64,000 nt of DNA from an uncultured Sphingobacteriaceae bacterium. Lineage in GTDB: Bacteria > Bacteroidota > Bacteroidia > Sphingobacteriales > Sphingobacteriaceae. Made by a program: the position numbers and the translations under genes. Each line of letters starts with the position of its first letter. The first letter of the stretch is position 1. The notes beneath the pieces were generated by a model that was not told the DNA's origin, did not search any database, and saw only the letters and a list, made by a program, of their open reading frames with translations. Below are positions 56,365 through 64,000 of this stretch, piece by piece. The stretch is from assembly GCA_964244955.1 (NCBI GenBank), contig CAXTKQ010000001.1:28265-92264 (forward strand). The letters are read 5' to 3'.

Positions 56365-57756
56365 TCAGCTTTCTTTTGGCGGCGTGCCCCGGAAAGCATC
56401 CAGTTTGTCAATGCGTTCTAATTGTACAGGTTTGCCGGTGCGGGCAGATTCATAAATGGCCTCCATGATTTTTTGGTCCTGCAAACCTTCTTCGCCTGGT
56501 GTATAAGGCGTTTTGTTTTCAATCACACATTCCGAAAAATGGTCAATCTCTAAAGCAAACTGGTTTTCTTCCGGCAACTTCGGGTTCGATTTGTTCTGAA
56601 CTTTACCTTCTACATGTCCAACTTCTGGCATCAAGCCTTTATAATCAAATGCCGGGTCCATGCCAAACCAACCGCCGTTATCGGCATAACAACGGTAATG
56701 TTTGGAGTTGTGCGCACCGTAACTGCAAGTATTGTTGGCGATGGCGCCACTCGGAAAAAACATCTGGAACATCACCGCTTCTTCCACTTCCTTAAAACGC
56801 GGGTCGTTGGGCGTGGTATAAGTGGTTGCATTCACCATATAAGGTTCTTCGCCAAGCAAATAGCGGTTGGTGTTGATGTCGTACAAGCCAATATCCGGCA
56901 AAGAGCCGCCGCCAGAAAGTGCTTTTTTCAAACGCCATTGGTTTGGGTCGCCGATGTTTTGCACATTAACGGAAGTGATCACTTTTACTTTTCCAAATTT
57001 TTTCTGGCGGGTAAAATCCTTGATCTGCCGGTTGTTCGGTTCGTATTGGATGCGGTAAGCAACCATCAGTTTTTTACCGGCTTTTTTGCAGGCATCAATC
57101 ATCCTTTCTGCAGATTTGGAAGAAGTGGTCATCGGCTTTTCGCACAATACATGCTTGCCTGCTTTGGCTGCCCGAACCACAAATTCTTCGTGCATAGCAT
57201 TCGGCAAAACAATGTAAACGGCATCAATTTCCGGGTTGTTTTTAATGTTGTCGTAATTCTGGTAGTTGTAAATGTTTTTTGGGGAGATGCCGTATTGCTG
57301 CGCTACTTTTTGCGCTTTTGCCGCATCGCCGCTTACCAAAGCTACCGGTTTCGAGTTTTTGCATGCACCAAAGGCTTCCATAATCTGGCCTAAAGTCAGT
57401 TCGCCCAAACCTACAATGGCGTAACCCACGCGTTTTTCTTTGGGCAAAATAGTTGGCAAAGACAGTTGCTCGCCTTCGCTTTTGGCGTGCTGGCTCGGCA
57501 CTTCTACTTTTATCGCTGCCGACATTGGCCCCGGCCCGCTGCTTGTGCTTTGTGCACTGGCCGTACCGCTTGCCAGTAATTCGCCTGCAACGGTAGCGGC
57601 AATAATCCCTTTGCCTGCACTTTCTATAAATTGCCTTCTGCCGTATGCTTTTGGGGATGGTGTTTCCGGCCCAATGTCTTTAAAATCTGTCATTTGTTTT
57701 GCTTTAGTTTTGATCAGTGTTGATTTTTGTTTGTCCATAAAAAAACTCATAGCCAA
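56365..57756 (-). CDS. Gfo/Idh/MocA-family oxidoreductase with a twin-arginine signal
   Basis: GRRQFIESAG..ATVAG TAT motif, the Rossmann motif YAIVGLGELT, and the EKP motif (LCEKPM). The true start may be an internal ATG. Confidence 0.85.
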   Translation of the reverse strand: MAMSFFMDKQKSTLIKTKAKQMTDFKDIGPETPSPKAYGRRQFIESAGKGIIAATVAGELLASGTASAQSTSSGPGPMSAAIKVEVPSQHAKSEGEQLSLPTILPKEKRVGYAIVGLGELTLGQIMEAFGACKNSKPVALVSGDAAKAQKVAQQYGISPKNIYNYQNYDNIKNNPEIDAVYIVLPNAMHEEFVVRAAKAGKHVLCEKPMTTSSKSAERMIDACKKAGKKLMVAYRIQYEPNNRQIKDFTRQKKFGKVKVITSVNVQNIGDPNQWRLKKALSGGGSLPDIGLYDINTNRYLLGEEPYMVNATTYTTPNDPRFKEVEEAVMFQMFFPSGAIANNTCSYGAHNSKHYRCYADNGGWFGMDPAFDYKGLMPEVGHVEGKVQNKSNPKLPEENQFALEIDHFSECVIENKTPYTPGEEGLQDQKIMEAIYESARTGKPVQLERIDKLDAFRGTPPKES

Positions 57757-57774
57757 TGCTTTAGTTTACAATTA

Positions 57775-57855
57775 ATTAAATTTTTTGCCGATAAAAGAAG
57801 CATCGTTCTGTCGCTACAGGTTTTTGCACTAATTTTTTGCCGGTAAAAGAAGCAT
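57775..57855. repeat. Two direct copies of the repeat arm
   Basis: ..TTTTTTGCCGATAAAAGAAGCAT (to 57803) and GCACTAATTTTTTGCCGGTAAAAGAAGCAT (57826..57855). Confidence 0.8.
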
Positions 57856-57906
57856 TGGTTGATTATTCGTGCCCAAATCTTCGGCACAACTATTAACTTC
57901 GTGCAA

Positions 57907-58692
57907 ATGGATTTAAGCTTTCTGCGTTTTTCTTTTTTTGACGTGCTGGATGTGGTACTGGTGGCCATCATCATTTACCAAATTTACAACCTCATCCGCG
58001 GCACCATTGCTGCCAATATTTTTATCGGTTTGGCCATTTTGTGTGCTTTGTATTTTGTGGTAAAAGCTTTAAACATGCGCCTGCTTACCGGCATTTTAGG
58101 CAATTTTATGAATGTTGGTATCCTGGCGCTCATCGTGGTTTTTCAGCAAGAGATCAGGCGGTTTTTGCTGCTGGTTGGCCGCAATGCTTCCCTTCAAAGA
58201 AACAAAGCTTGGTGGAAATATTTTTTTGGGCGGAAAGAGGAAGAGAAAAACAACCTGGCACGTATCAAACCAATTATTGACGCCTGCAAAACCATGAAAG
58301 ACAGCCGGACCGGCGCATTGATTGTTTTTGCCAAATATTACGACGAAGAGTTTTTTCACAACAGTTGCGAATATTTGGACGCCAAAATTACCAAACGTTT
58401 GCTCGAAAGCATCTTTCAGAAAAACGGCCCGCTGCACGATGGCGCCGTCATTATCTCCGGAAACAAAATCAAATCGGCCAGTTGTATTTTGCCTCTGACC
58501 GATAATACAAACCTGCCGCCACAGTTTGGTTTGCGCCACCGCGCCGGCATCGGTATTTCGGAAGCAAGCGATGCAACGGCCTTGATCGTATCCGAAGAAA
58601 CCGGCGAAATTGCCTACGCCAAACAAGGAAAAGTGAAGATGGACATCAGTTTTAACGAACTGGAAAAACTGCTGAACAAAGATTTTGACTGA
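57907..58692 (+). CDS. cdaA: Diadenylate cyclase (c-di-AMP synthase), membrane-anchored CdaA type
   Basis: 3 N-terminal TM helices, then a DisA_N domain with TGALIVF, LHDGAVII and GLRHRAGIGISEASDATALIVSEETGEIA. The start is moved to the ATG at 57907. Confidence 0.88.
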   Translation: MDLSFLRFSFFDVLDVVLVAIIIYQIYNLIRGTIAANIFIGLAILCALYFVVKALNMRLLTGILGNFMNVGILALIVVFQQEIRRFLLLVGRNASLQRNKAWWKYFFGRKEEEKNNLARIKPIIDACKTMKDSRTGALIVFAKYYDEEFFHNSCEYLDAKITKRLLESIFQKNGPLHDGAVIISGNKIKSASCILPLTDNTNLPPQFGLRHRAGIGISEASDATALIVSEETGEIAYAKQGKVKMDISFNELEKLLNKDFD

Positions 58693-58731
58693 TAAAAGAA
58701 GCATTTTTGTTTTTTGGCGATGCTTCTTTTA
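58693..58731 (+). terminator. Hairpin TAAAAGAAGCAT-15 nt-ATGCTTCTTTTA directly after the cdaA stop
   Basis: 12-bp perfect stem made of the two orientations of the repeat core, with a T-rich loop and tail. Confidence 0.65.
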
Positions 58732-58800
58732 CCGGTTTAAAATTGGTTTTTTACAACCGTATTTTTTTATAAAAATAAAAGGTTTGTTTTTTGGCAATGC

Positions 58801-60528
58801 TTATTCTAAAATAGCTTGCGGTTGCGGTGCAAATGCGTACTTTTTGATCAAGGCCAGCATTTGGTAAGGCTCAAATGGTTTTGAAATGAAATCTGTAAAA
58901 CCGATCAGCATTAGCTCGGCCAACATTTCCTGGTCCATTAAAGATGCCGTAAATGCAATTACCGGTAAGTTCGGATATAAATTTTTCACCTCTTTGATGG
59001 CCGTAAAACCATTCATCACCGGCATTTCCAAATCCATCAAAACCAAAGAATAATCTGCGTTTTGTTCTAAAATATCCAAAGCTTCCTGCCCGTGATAAGC
59101 ACAGGTAACGGTAGCATTATAACCGGTTAAGATTTTTTTGGCAATCATCATGTTGATCTTGTTGTCTTCTGTAACCAGGATATTTAAGCCCGACAGGTCG
59201 TTTGTGTCCGGTTTGGCGCTTAACAAAGGCGACTCCTTTTTATCAGCAAGTTTAAAATTGATGATAAAGCTAAACTTGCTTCCCTGGCCTTTTTCGCTTT
59301 CTAATTTCAAAGCGCTGTCCATCAATTCCAGCAAACGGAGACAGATAGAAAGCCCTAAGCCAGTGCCGGTGTATTTGCGGGTGCTTTCATCATAAACCTG
59401 CCAAAAACTTTCAAATATTTTGCTTTGGTCTTCTTTTGCAATGCCTAAGCCCGTGTCTTTTACTATAAATTCTACCGAGAGCCCTGCACCCTCTTTTTGC
59501 CGGCAAAGCAAACTCAACTTTACAAAACCTTTCTCGGTAAACTTTAGTGCGTTTGACAGCAAATTGTTGAGGATTTGAATGATGCGTACATCATCGCCCC
59601 AAACCAGCGCGTTGGCTTCAGGCACTATGTCCACCATCAGTTGCAGGTTTTTTTCTTCAAAACTGTTGTAAAACGGCAAGGTAGCGTCTGTAATCAACTG
59701 CTTCAAATTGAACTCGACCAGGTGGATTTCCAGTTTGCCGGCCTCTATTTTGTTAAAGTCGAGTATATCGTTTACCAAGTTGAGCATGTGTTTAGAACAA
59801 TACTTTAAAATTCGGTAATATTCGTTGTCTTCCGAAAGGTATTTTTCATCTTTTAGCAAATTAACTGCACCTAAAACACCATTAAGCGGCGTCCTTAGTT
59901 CGTGACCCATGGTGGAAAGGAACCTGGTGCGGGAAGAAATGGTGTTGTTTTTTTCTTCGATCAATTCTTCAAAGTTTAATTTTTGAGAACGGATGAACGC
60001 ATAGGCAAGGCCAACCGTCATCACTACGGAGGAGAGGGCATTGCACATAAATATTACGGCGCCAATCCGGTGCGAGACTGGTTCTAACGGCTTAACATAC
60101 AGCCCCAAAAAAATGCAGGTTAAAAAGGAAACCACGGTAATGGTAAAATTAAACAGCAAGGTGTTGTAGTTTGACTTTTCAAAATCTATCAGCACCGGCA
60201 AACAAATCAGCAGTGGGAAATAATAGAAGCATTGGCCGGACTGCGCCCCTTCTACCAATACGCTAATTATCAAATGTGTGCTTACAATAAATAGAAATAC
60301 GTATTCTGTTTTGTTTAGAATGCCTGCCTTTTTTAAAAGCATTACAGATCCAAGGCAAAAGCAAAACAAGCTTGTTGATGCACAGGAAAAGTTGAGGTGT
60401 AAACAAAAATAAACGATTGATAAAACGAAGCCGGAAGCAAACGCCACAGAATAAACCAGGAAAAGCCTTTTAGAAAGATCCCTTAAATCAAATATTGACA
60501 GGAAAGAGTCTTTTGTGATGAAAGGCAT
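58801..60528 (-). CDS. Hybrid sensor histidine kinase/response regulator with an N-terminal multi-TM sensor region
   Basis: 5-6 TM, H-box STMGHELRTPLNGVLG, DTGLGIA, GTGLGLSI, and a C-terminal REC domain (ILVTEDNKINMM...LVLMDLEMPVMNG...K). Confidence 0.88.
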   Translation of the reverse strand: MPFITKDSFLSIFDLRDLSKRLFLVYSVAFASGFVLSIVYFCLHLNFSCASTSLFCFCLGSVMLLKKAGILNKTEYVFLFIVSTHLIISVLVEGAQSGQCFYYFPLLICLPVLIDFEKSNYNTLLFNFTITVVSFLTCIFLGLYVKPLEPVSHRIGAVIFMCNALSSVVMTVGLAYAFIRSQKLNFEELIEEKNNTISSRTRFLSTMGHELRTPLNGVLGAVNLLKDEKYLSEDNEYYRILKYCSKHMLNLVNDILDFNKIEAGKLEIHLVEFNLKQLITDATLPFYNSFEEKNLQLMVDIVPEANALVWGDDVRIIQILNNLLSNALKFTEKGFVKLSLLCRQKEGAGLSVEFIVKDTGLGIAKEDQSKIFESFWQVYDESTRKYTGTGLGLSICLRLLELMDSALKLESEKGQGSKFSFIINFKLADKKESPLLSAKPDTNDLSGLNILVTEDNKINMMIAKKILTGYNATVTCAYHGQEALDILEQNADYSLVLMDLEMPVMNGFTAIKEVKNLYPNLPVIAFTASLMDQEMLAELMLIGFTDFISKPFEPYQMLALIKKYAFAPQPQAILE

Positions 60529-60616
60529 ACTTAATTTTTACGAACCGCTAATATTAATGTTTCAAAATCCCTGCTATATTGTTGTCATTTAGGCAATTGC
60601 TTTTTGCTTCCGCGTA

Positions 60617-60645
60617 CACCAATTTTATAGGCATAAAAACAGTAT
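60617..60645. repeat. Solo arm, TAAAAACAGTAT-terminated subfamily
   Basis: CACCAATTTTATAGGCATAAAAACAGTAT, identical to 27943..27971 except for the first base and the last 7 nt. Confidence 0.8.
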
Positions 60646-60664
60646 GCGGGCTTTTTATTGGTTT

Positions 60665-61048
60665 TTAAGGATTGGGTTTTGGCACTTCCGTTTTTGGTTG
60701 AACAACCGGCGGCAAACGTTTAATTGGCATTGTGTAGATTACGGTTCCATCAGGTTTTACAATTGGCATATTCCAGTTGCCCTGGGGCGTGGCAATCGGC
60801 ATGTTATCCAACGAAGCCGTTAAATTTTGGTTTGTTGAAGTGGGTTTTTTTGGTTGAACACGAGGCGAAAACAATAAGTTCAAATCGTTTTGTTGCTGTT
60901 TAGAAAGCTTGTTTGATGGAACCGTATCGGAAAAACGATTAACGCCAGGTACATTTTGAGGCGTACGGTTTGGCGTAATTGTATTTTGCTGGGCCTTTAG
61001 CGTAAAAACCGTTCCTGAAAACAAGATGAAGAAAATAGCTTTTTTCAT
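60665..61048 (-). CDS. Small secreted Pro/Gln/Asn-rich protein
   Basis: 127 aa with a signal peptide (FFILFSGTVFTLKAQ) and a low-complexity mature part. Confidence 0.5.
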   Translation of the reverse strand: MKKAIFFILFSGTVFTLKAQQNTITPNRTPQNVPGVNRFSDTVPSNKLSKQQQNDLNLLFSPRVQPKKPTSTNQNLTASLDNMPIATPQGNWNMPIVKPDGTVIYTMPIKRLPPVVQPKTEVPKPNP

Positions 61049-61115
61049 AACCTCGGGATTTGATGTGTAATTTACAAATGTTTATCCAAAAACTTTGCAA
61101 ATTAAATGCAAATAA

Positions 61116-61168
61116 AAAAAGCATCCGGGAAAATCCGGATGCTCTTTTTATGCCCATAAAAACAGTAT
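61116..61168 (-). terminator. Hairpin AAAAAGCATCCGG..CCGGATGCTCTTTTT plus an adjoining repeat arm (ATGCTCTTTTTATGCCCATAAAAACAGTAT)
   Basis: 13-bp stem with one bulge, immediately downstream of the aminopeptidase N stop. Confidence 0.7.
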
Positions 61169-63682
61169 TTATTTAGCTGCCTTTATTTCGTCTATCGCTT
61201 TGGAGATGTAATCGGCCTGGGCATTTAACTGGCTTTTTAAATTTGCATCAGCGTTTTTGGCCTGGTTTTGTTTTTGGGTTTTCAGGTCGCCCAACATGCC
61301 CATTACGTATTGGTCAACGCCGTATTGTTTGTATTGAATAGCCAGTTTTTTAAACGCATCAACCCGCGGGTTTACTTTTTGCGTGTCGTTCACTTTCCCC
61401 AGCATGGCAACATAACCTTGCATCACGTTGAATTTTGCCTGTACGCCACCCTGGTCAAATGCTTTGCTTACAAAAGGCAATTCGGCTTCCGATCCTTTTG
61501 TGGTGTAAAGCAGCACGATGGCTTGTGTAAGCGCGCCTTTGTTGTCTTTTTCAAAACCTTTTGCAATTTTTAAAGCTTCGTCTGGGTTTTGCGCGGCCAA
61601 AGCATTTAAAGCCGCACCTTGCACCGCGTACGACTGGCTGTTTAAAGCCGTCCTGAACAAGGGCATATCAGCAGAATTTTTGAGTTTGCCCAAAGCAATG
61701 ATCGCTGCTGCTTTTACCGTGTTGTTTTTATCGTTTTGGGCGATGTTTGTCAATTCGGGCAAGGCCGCTTGTTTAACTTCATCACTGCTGAGGTTTACAT
61801 TCCGGATAGCCAAAGTGCGCAGCCCGTAATAGTTATCTTTTAATGCCGCCAGTATTACTTTGCGCGCCCCGGCATCGCCTTGTTTGCCCGTTACGGCGTT
61901 CATCGCTTCCCATCGGTCTAAATACAAAGGCGCGTTAAAGTACTGGAACACATATTCGTCCGTAGTTTTATTGTCGGTTTTTTGGGCGAGCAAAGTTTTA
62001 TCGCCATCCACATTTACCAAATTTGGTTTGGATGCAACTTTAAAACTTAGCGTATCTGCTTTATCACGCATCCAAACCTGATGGCGTTCTTTCTTTCCGC
62101 CAACATATAAATCAATGGCCATTGGCAAGGCAAAAGTCTGGCCTTCCTGCGTTTGCGTTAAATAAACAAACTGCGTTTTGTTGCCTTCGTCCCATTTATA
62201 ATCAATCTTTAAATCCGGGTTGCCCGCGCCATAATACCATTGGTTAAAAAACCAGTTTAAATCCTGGCCGCTCACTTTTTCCAATGCCAAACGCAATTGT
62301 TGCGCTTCGCCGTTGCCCAAAGCATTTTGGCGGAGGTATAAATTTAAGCCGGCAAAAAAAGCATCCTCGCCCAAATAAGTGCGCAGCATATTTAAAATGC
62401 AGCCGCCTTTTTGGTACGTAACCACATCAAACATGTCTTCTTTATCCGTATAATAAAAACGGACCAAGTTTTTTGTCCGCGCATCTTTAGAATTCAAATA
62501 AGCCAGCCTATTTTCGTTGATGTGCGCGCCGCCTTCATCTTTTCCGTAGCGGTGTTCGGCCCAAAGTGTTTCGCTGAAATCCGCAAAAGATTCGTTCACC
62601 GTCAAATTGCTCCAGCTTTCGCAGGTTACATAATCGCCAAACCATTGGTGGAAAAGTTCGTGCGCGATGGTGCTTTCGCCTTGGCTGTAATTGTCGTCCA
62701 GCATTTCGCGCGGCGTTTTCTGTACGTATTCGCCGTGCAAAGTTGCCGTAGTGTTTTCCATCGCGCCGCTCACATAATCGCGCACCACAATCTGGCTGTA
62801 TTTGTTCCAGGGAAAATCAACGCCTAACTTCTGCGAATAAAAACCGATCAGTTCCGGCGTAAAACCAAAAATTTGCTTGGCAAAAGGGGCAAAGGCAGGT
62901 TCCAGATAATAGTTCACTTCCTTGTCTTTCCATTTGTCTTTGTAAATTTTGAAATCGCCAACGGCCATCATAAACAAATACGGCGCATTGGGCTTGTCCA
63001 TCTTCCAGGTATCGGTCCGTAAACCATTTCCGGCAGGTTTCTGGGAGATGAGTTTTCCGTTAGAAAGCGTAACGTATTTAGCAGGGACCGTCATGCTGAT
63101 TTCTTCCAGCGTTTTTTGGTCGGGCTTGTCAATCGTTGGAAACCAGGCGGAAGAACTTTCCGTTTCGCCCTGCGTCCAAATCTGGATCGGTTTGGTTTTG
63201 TCCGCGCCATCCGAATTGATAAAATATAAACCTTTCGCATCGCTGATGGCCGCGCTGCCTTTCACTTTCAGTTCGTCTGGTTTAGCCGTGTAACTTAAAT
63301 ACAGCGTGTAGTTTTCTGCTGAAGTATATTTTTTATCGAGTCTGATCTTCAATTGCAAACTATCGTATGTGTATTTCAAAGGAATATTCTTACCGTTTTT
63401 TACCACAGAAATATTGCTAATGTCCATTCCTTTGGCATCTAAAGTCAAAGAATCGGTCGGGTAAAAATGCGGTTTCAGCGTAACCCATTCTTTGCCGTAT
63501 AAATAGTGTTTGGCGTAATCAAAACGGACATCCAGTTTGGTGTTGACCAAATCGTTGATTTTTACCGGCGTGGCGCGGTAAATTTTTAAAGCCGGGTTAT
63601 CATTGGTTGTTTGGGCAGATAAGGCTGAGGAAACCAAACAGGCTGCGCCGATTGCGGCAAAGCGTTTAAAAAGGTTGATCAT
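61169..63682 (-). CDS. pepN: M1-family aminopeptidase N, secreted
   Basis: GAMEN motif (SGAMENTT), the zinc site HELFHQWFGD-x18-E (NESFA), and C-terminal HEAT-like repeats. The start is moved to the ATG at 63682 (MINLFKRFAAIG.. signal peptide). Confidence 0.9.
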   Translation of the reverse strand: MINLFKRFAAIGAACLVSSALSAQTTNDNPALKIYRATPVKINDLVNTKLDVRFDYAKHYLYGKEWVTLKPHFYPTDSLTLDAKGMDISNISVVKNGKNIPLKYTYDSLQLKIRLDKKYTSAENYTLYLSYTAKPDELKVKGSAAISDAKGLYFINSDGADKTKPIQIWTQGETESSSAWFPTIDKPDQKTLEEISMTVPAKYVTLSNGKLISQKPAGNGLRTDTWKMDKPNAPYLFMMAVGDFKIYKDKWKDKEVNYYLEPAFAPFAKQIFGFTPELIGFYSQKLGVDFPWNKYSQIVVRDYVSGAMENTTATLHGEYVQKTPREMLDDNYSQGESTIAHELFHQWFGDYVTCESWSNLTVNESFADFSETLWAEHRYGKDEGGAHINENRLAYLNSKDARTKNLVRFYYTDKEDMFDVVTYQKGGCILNMLRTYLGEDAFFAGLNLYLRQNALGNGEAQQLRLALEKVSGQDLNWFFNQWYYGAGNPDLKIDYKWDEGNKTQFVYLTQTQEGQTFALPMAIDLYVGGKKERHQVWMRDKADTLSFKVASKPNLVNVDGDKTLLAQKTDNKTTDEYVFQYFNAPLYLDRWEAMNAVTGKQGDAGARKVILAALKDNYYGLRTLAIRNVNLSSDEVKQAALPELTNIAQNDKNNTVKAAAIIALGKLKNSADMPLFRTALNSQSYAVQGAALNALAAQNPDEALKIAKGFEKDNKGALTQAIVLLYTTKGSEAELPFVSKAFDQGGVQAKFNVMQGYVAMLGKVNDTQKVNPRVDAFKKLAIQYKQYGVDQYVMGMLGDLKTQKQNQAKNADANLKSQLNAQADYISKAIDEIKAAK

Positions 63683-63774
63683 ATTTTCAATAAAAATTAC
63701 ACAGGTTAAGAAATGTAAATTTACATTCATCCGGCTAATAACGCACAATTAGTTAAATTTGGATAAAGCATAAC

Positions 63775-64000
63775 CATGGAAACTTCAGAAATCAAAAAAA
63801 AGCTGCACGATTACATTGAATTTGTAACAGAAGAAAAACTGAAAGCGATTTATACAGTTTTGGAAACTGATATCGAAAGCGTTCACAACCATCAAAACAA
63901 TCCTGGATTTGTTGCCGAAACGGAAAGCCGGACGAAAGAACCGGAAGCTGGAACGGTGAAGGAAAGCACCTGGCAGGAAGTAAAAGCAAAGGCAATGAAA
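63775..64000 (+). CDS. 5' part of an ORF running off the window (hypothetical)
   Basis: ATG at 63775 and 75 sense codons with no stop ([30 protein letters not shown]...). A TAAATTTG box lies about 15 nt upstream. The ORF is absent from the track because it is open-ended. Confidence 0.4.

Noticed and set aside
63792-63995. 67-aa minus-strand ORF at the window end
   Set aside because: The opposite strand carries an open-ended ORF from the ATG at 63775 with more protein-like composition and a plausible upstream -7 box, so the minus ORF is likely its shadow.

Overview
This is a 64-kb chromosomal segment that looks like Bacteroidota: two SusC/SusD pairs, lipoprotein and Sec signals typical of the phylum, and AT-rich upstream regions. 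The order or genus cannot be determined. It holds about 50 protein genes at high coding density. I found no rRNA, tRNA, CRISPR, transposase or integrase.

Gene content, left to right:
- a TauE/DUF1634 permease pair, an MpaB-like oxygenase, and a divergent HxlR regulator and SDR pair
- an arginine-themed block: arginine decarboxylase-like, CtlX-like, a split arginine-deiminase-family gene, and argS
- a low-GC SusC/SusD locus
- two paralogous CzcCBA-type heavy-metal RND efflux operons flanking an OmpR-type two-component system
- glgB and a GH18 enzyme
- a LuxR-type two-component module with a 7TM protein and an orphan 140-aa protein
- a pfkA, BadF-like, gap operon with a divergent NrtR-like Nudix regulator
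- ltaE, two aldo-keto reductases, and a DUF1338 protein
- a very low-GC type II restriction-modification islet
- topoisomerase IB
- a second SusC/SusD pair
- MarC, a TAT-signal Gfo/Idh/MocA oxidoreductase, cdaA, a hybrid sensor kinase, and aminopeptidase N

The most unusual signal is not a gene. Two related 12-mers, ATGCTTCTTTTA and ATACTGTTTTTA, occur 43 times as exact copies in both orientations. They form about 29-nt arms, inverted doublets (REPIN/MITE-like) and terminator-like hairpins at gene ends. They also sit in frame inside well-conserved coding sequences, a distribution reminiscent of DNA uptake sequences.

All family calls come from motif recognition by eye, with no searches run. 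Coordinates of the repeats were hand-indexed.
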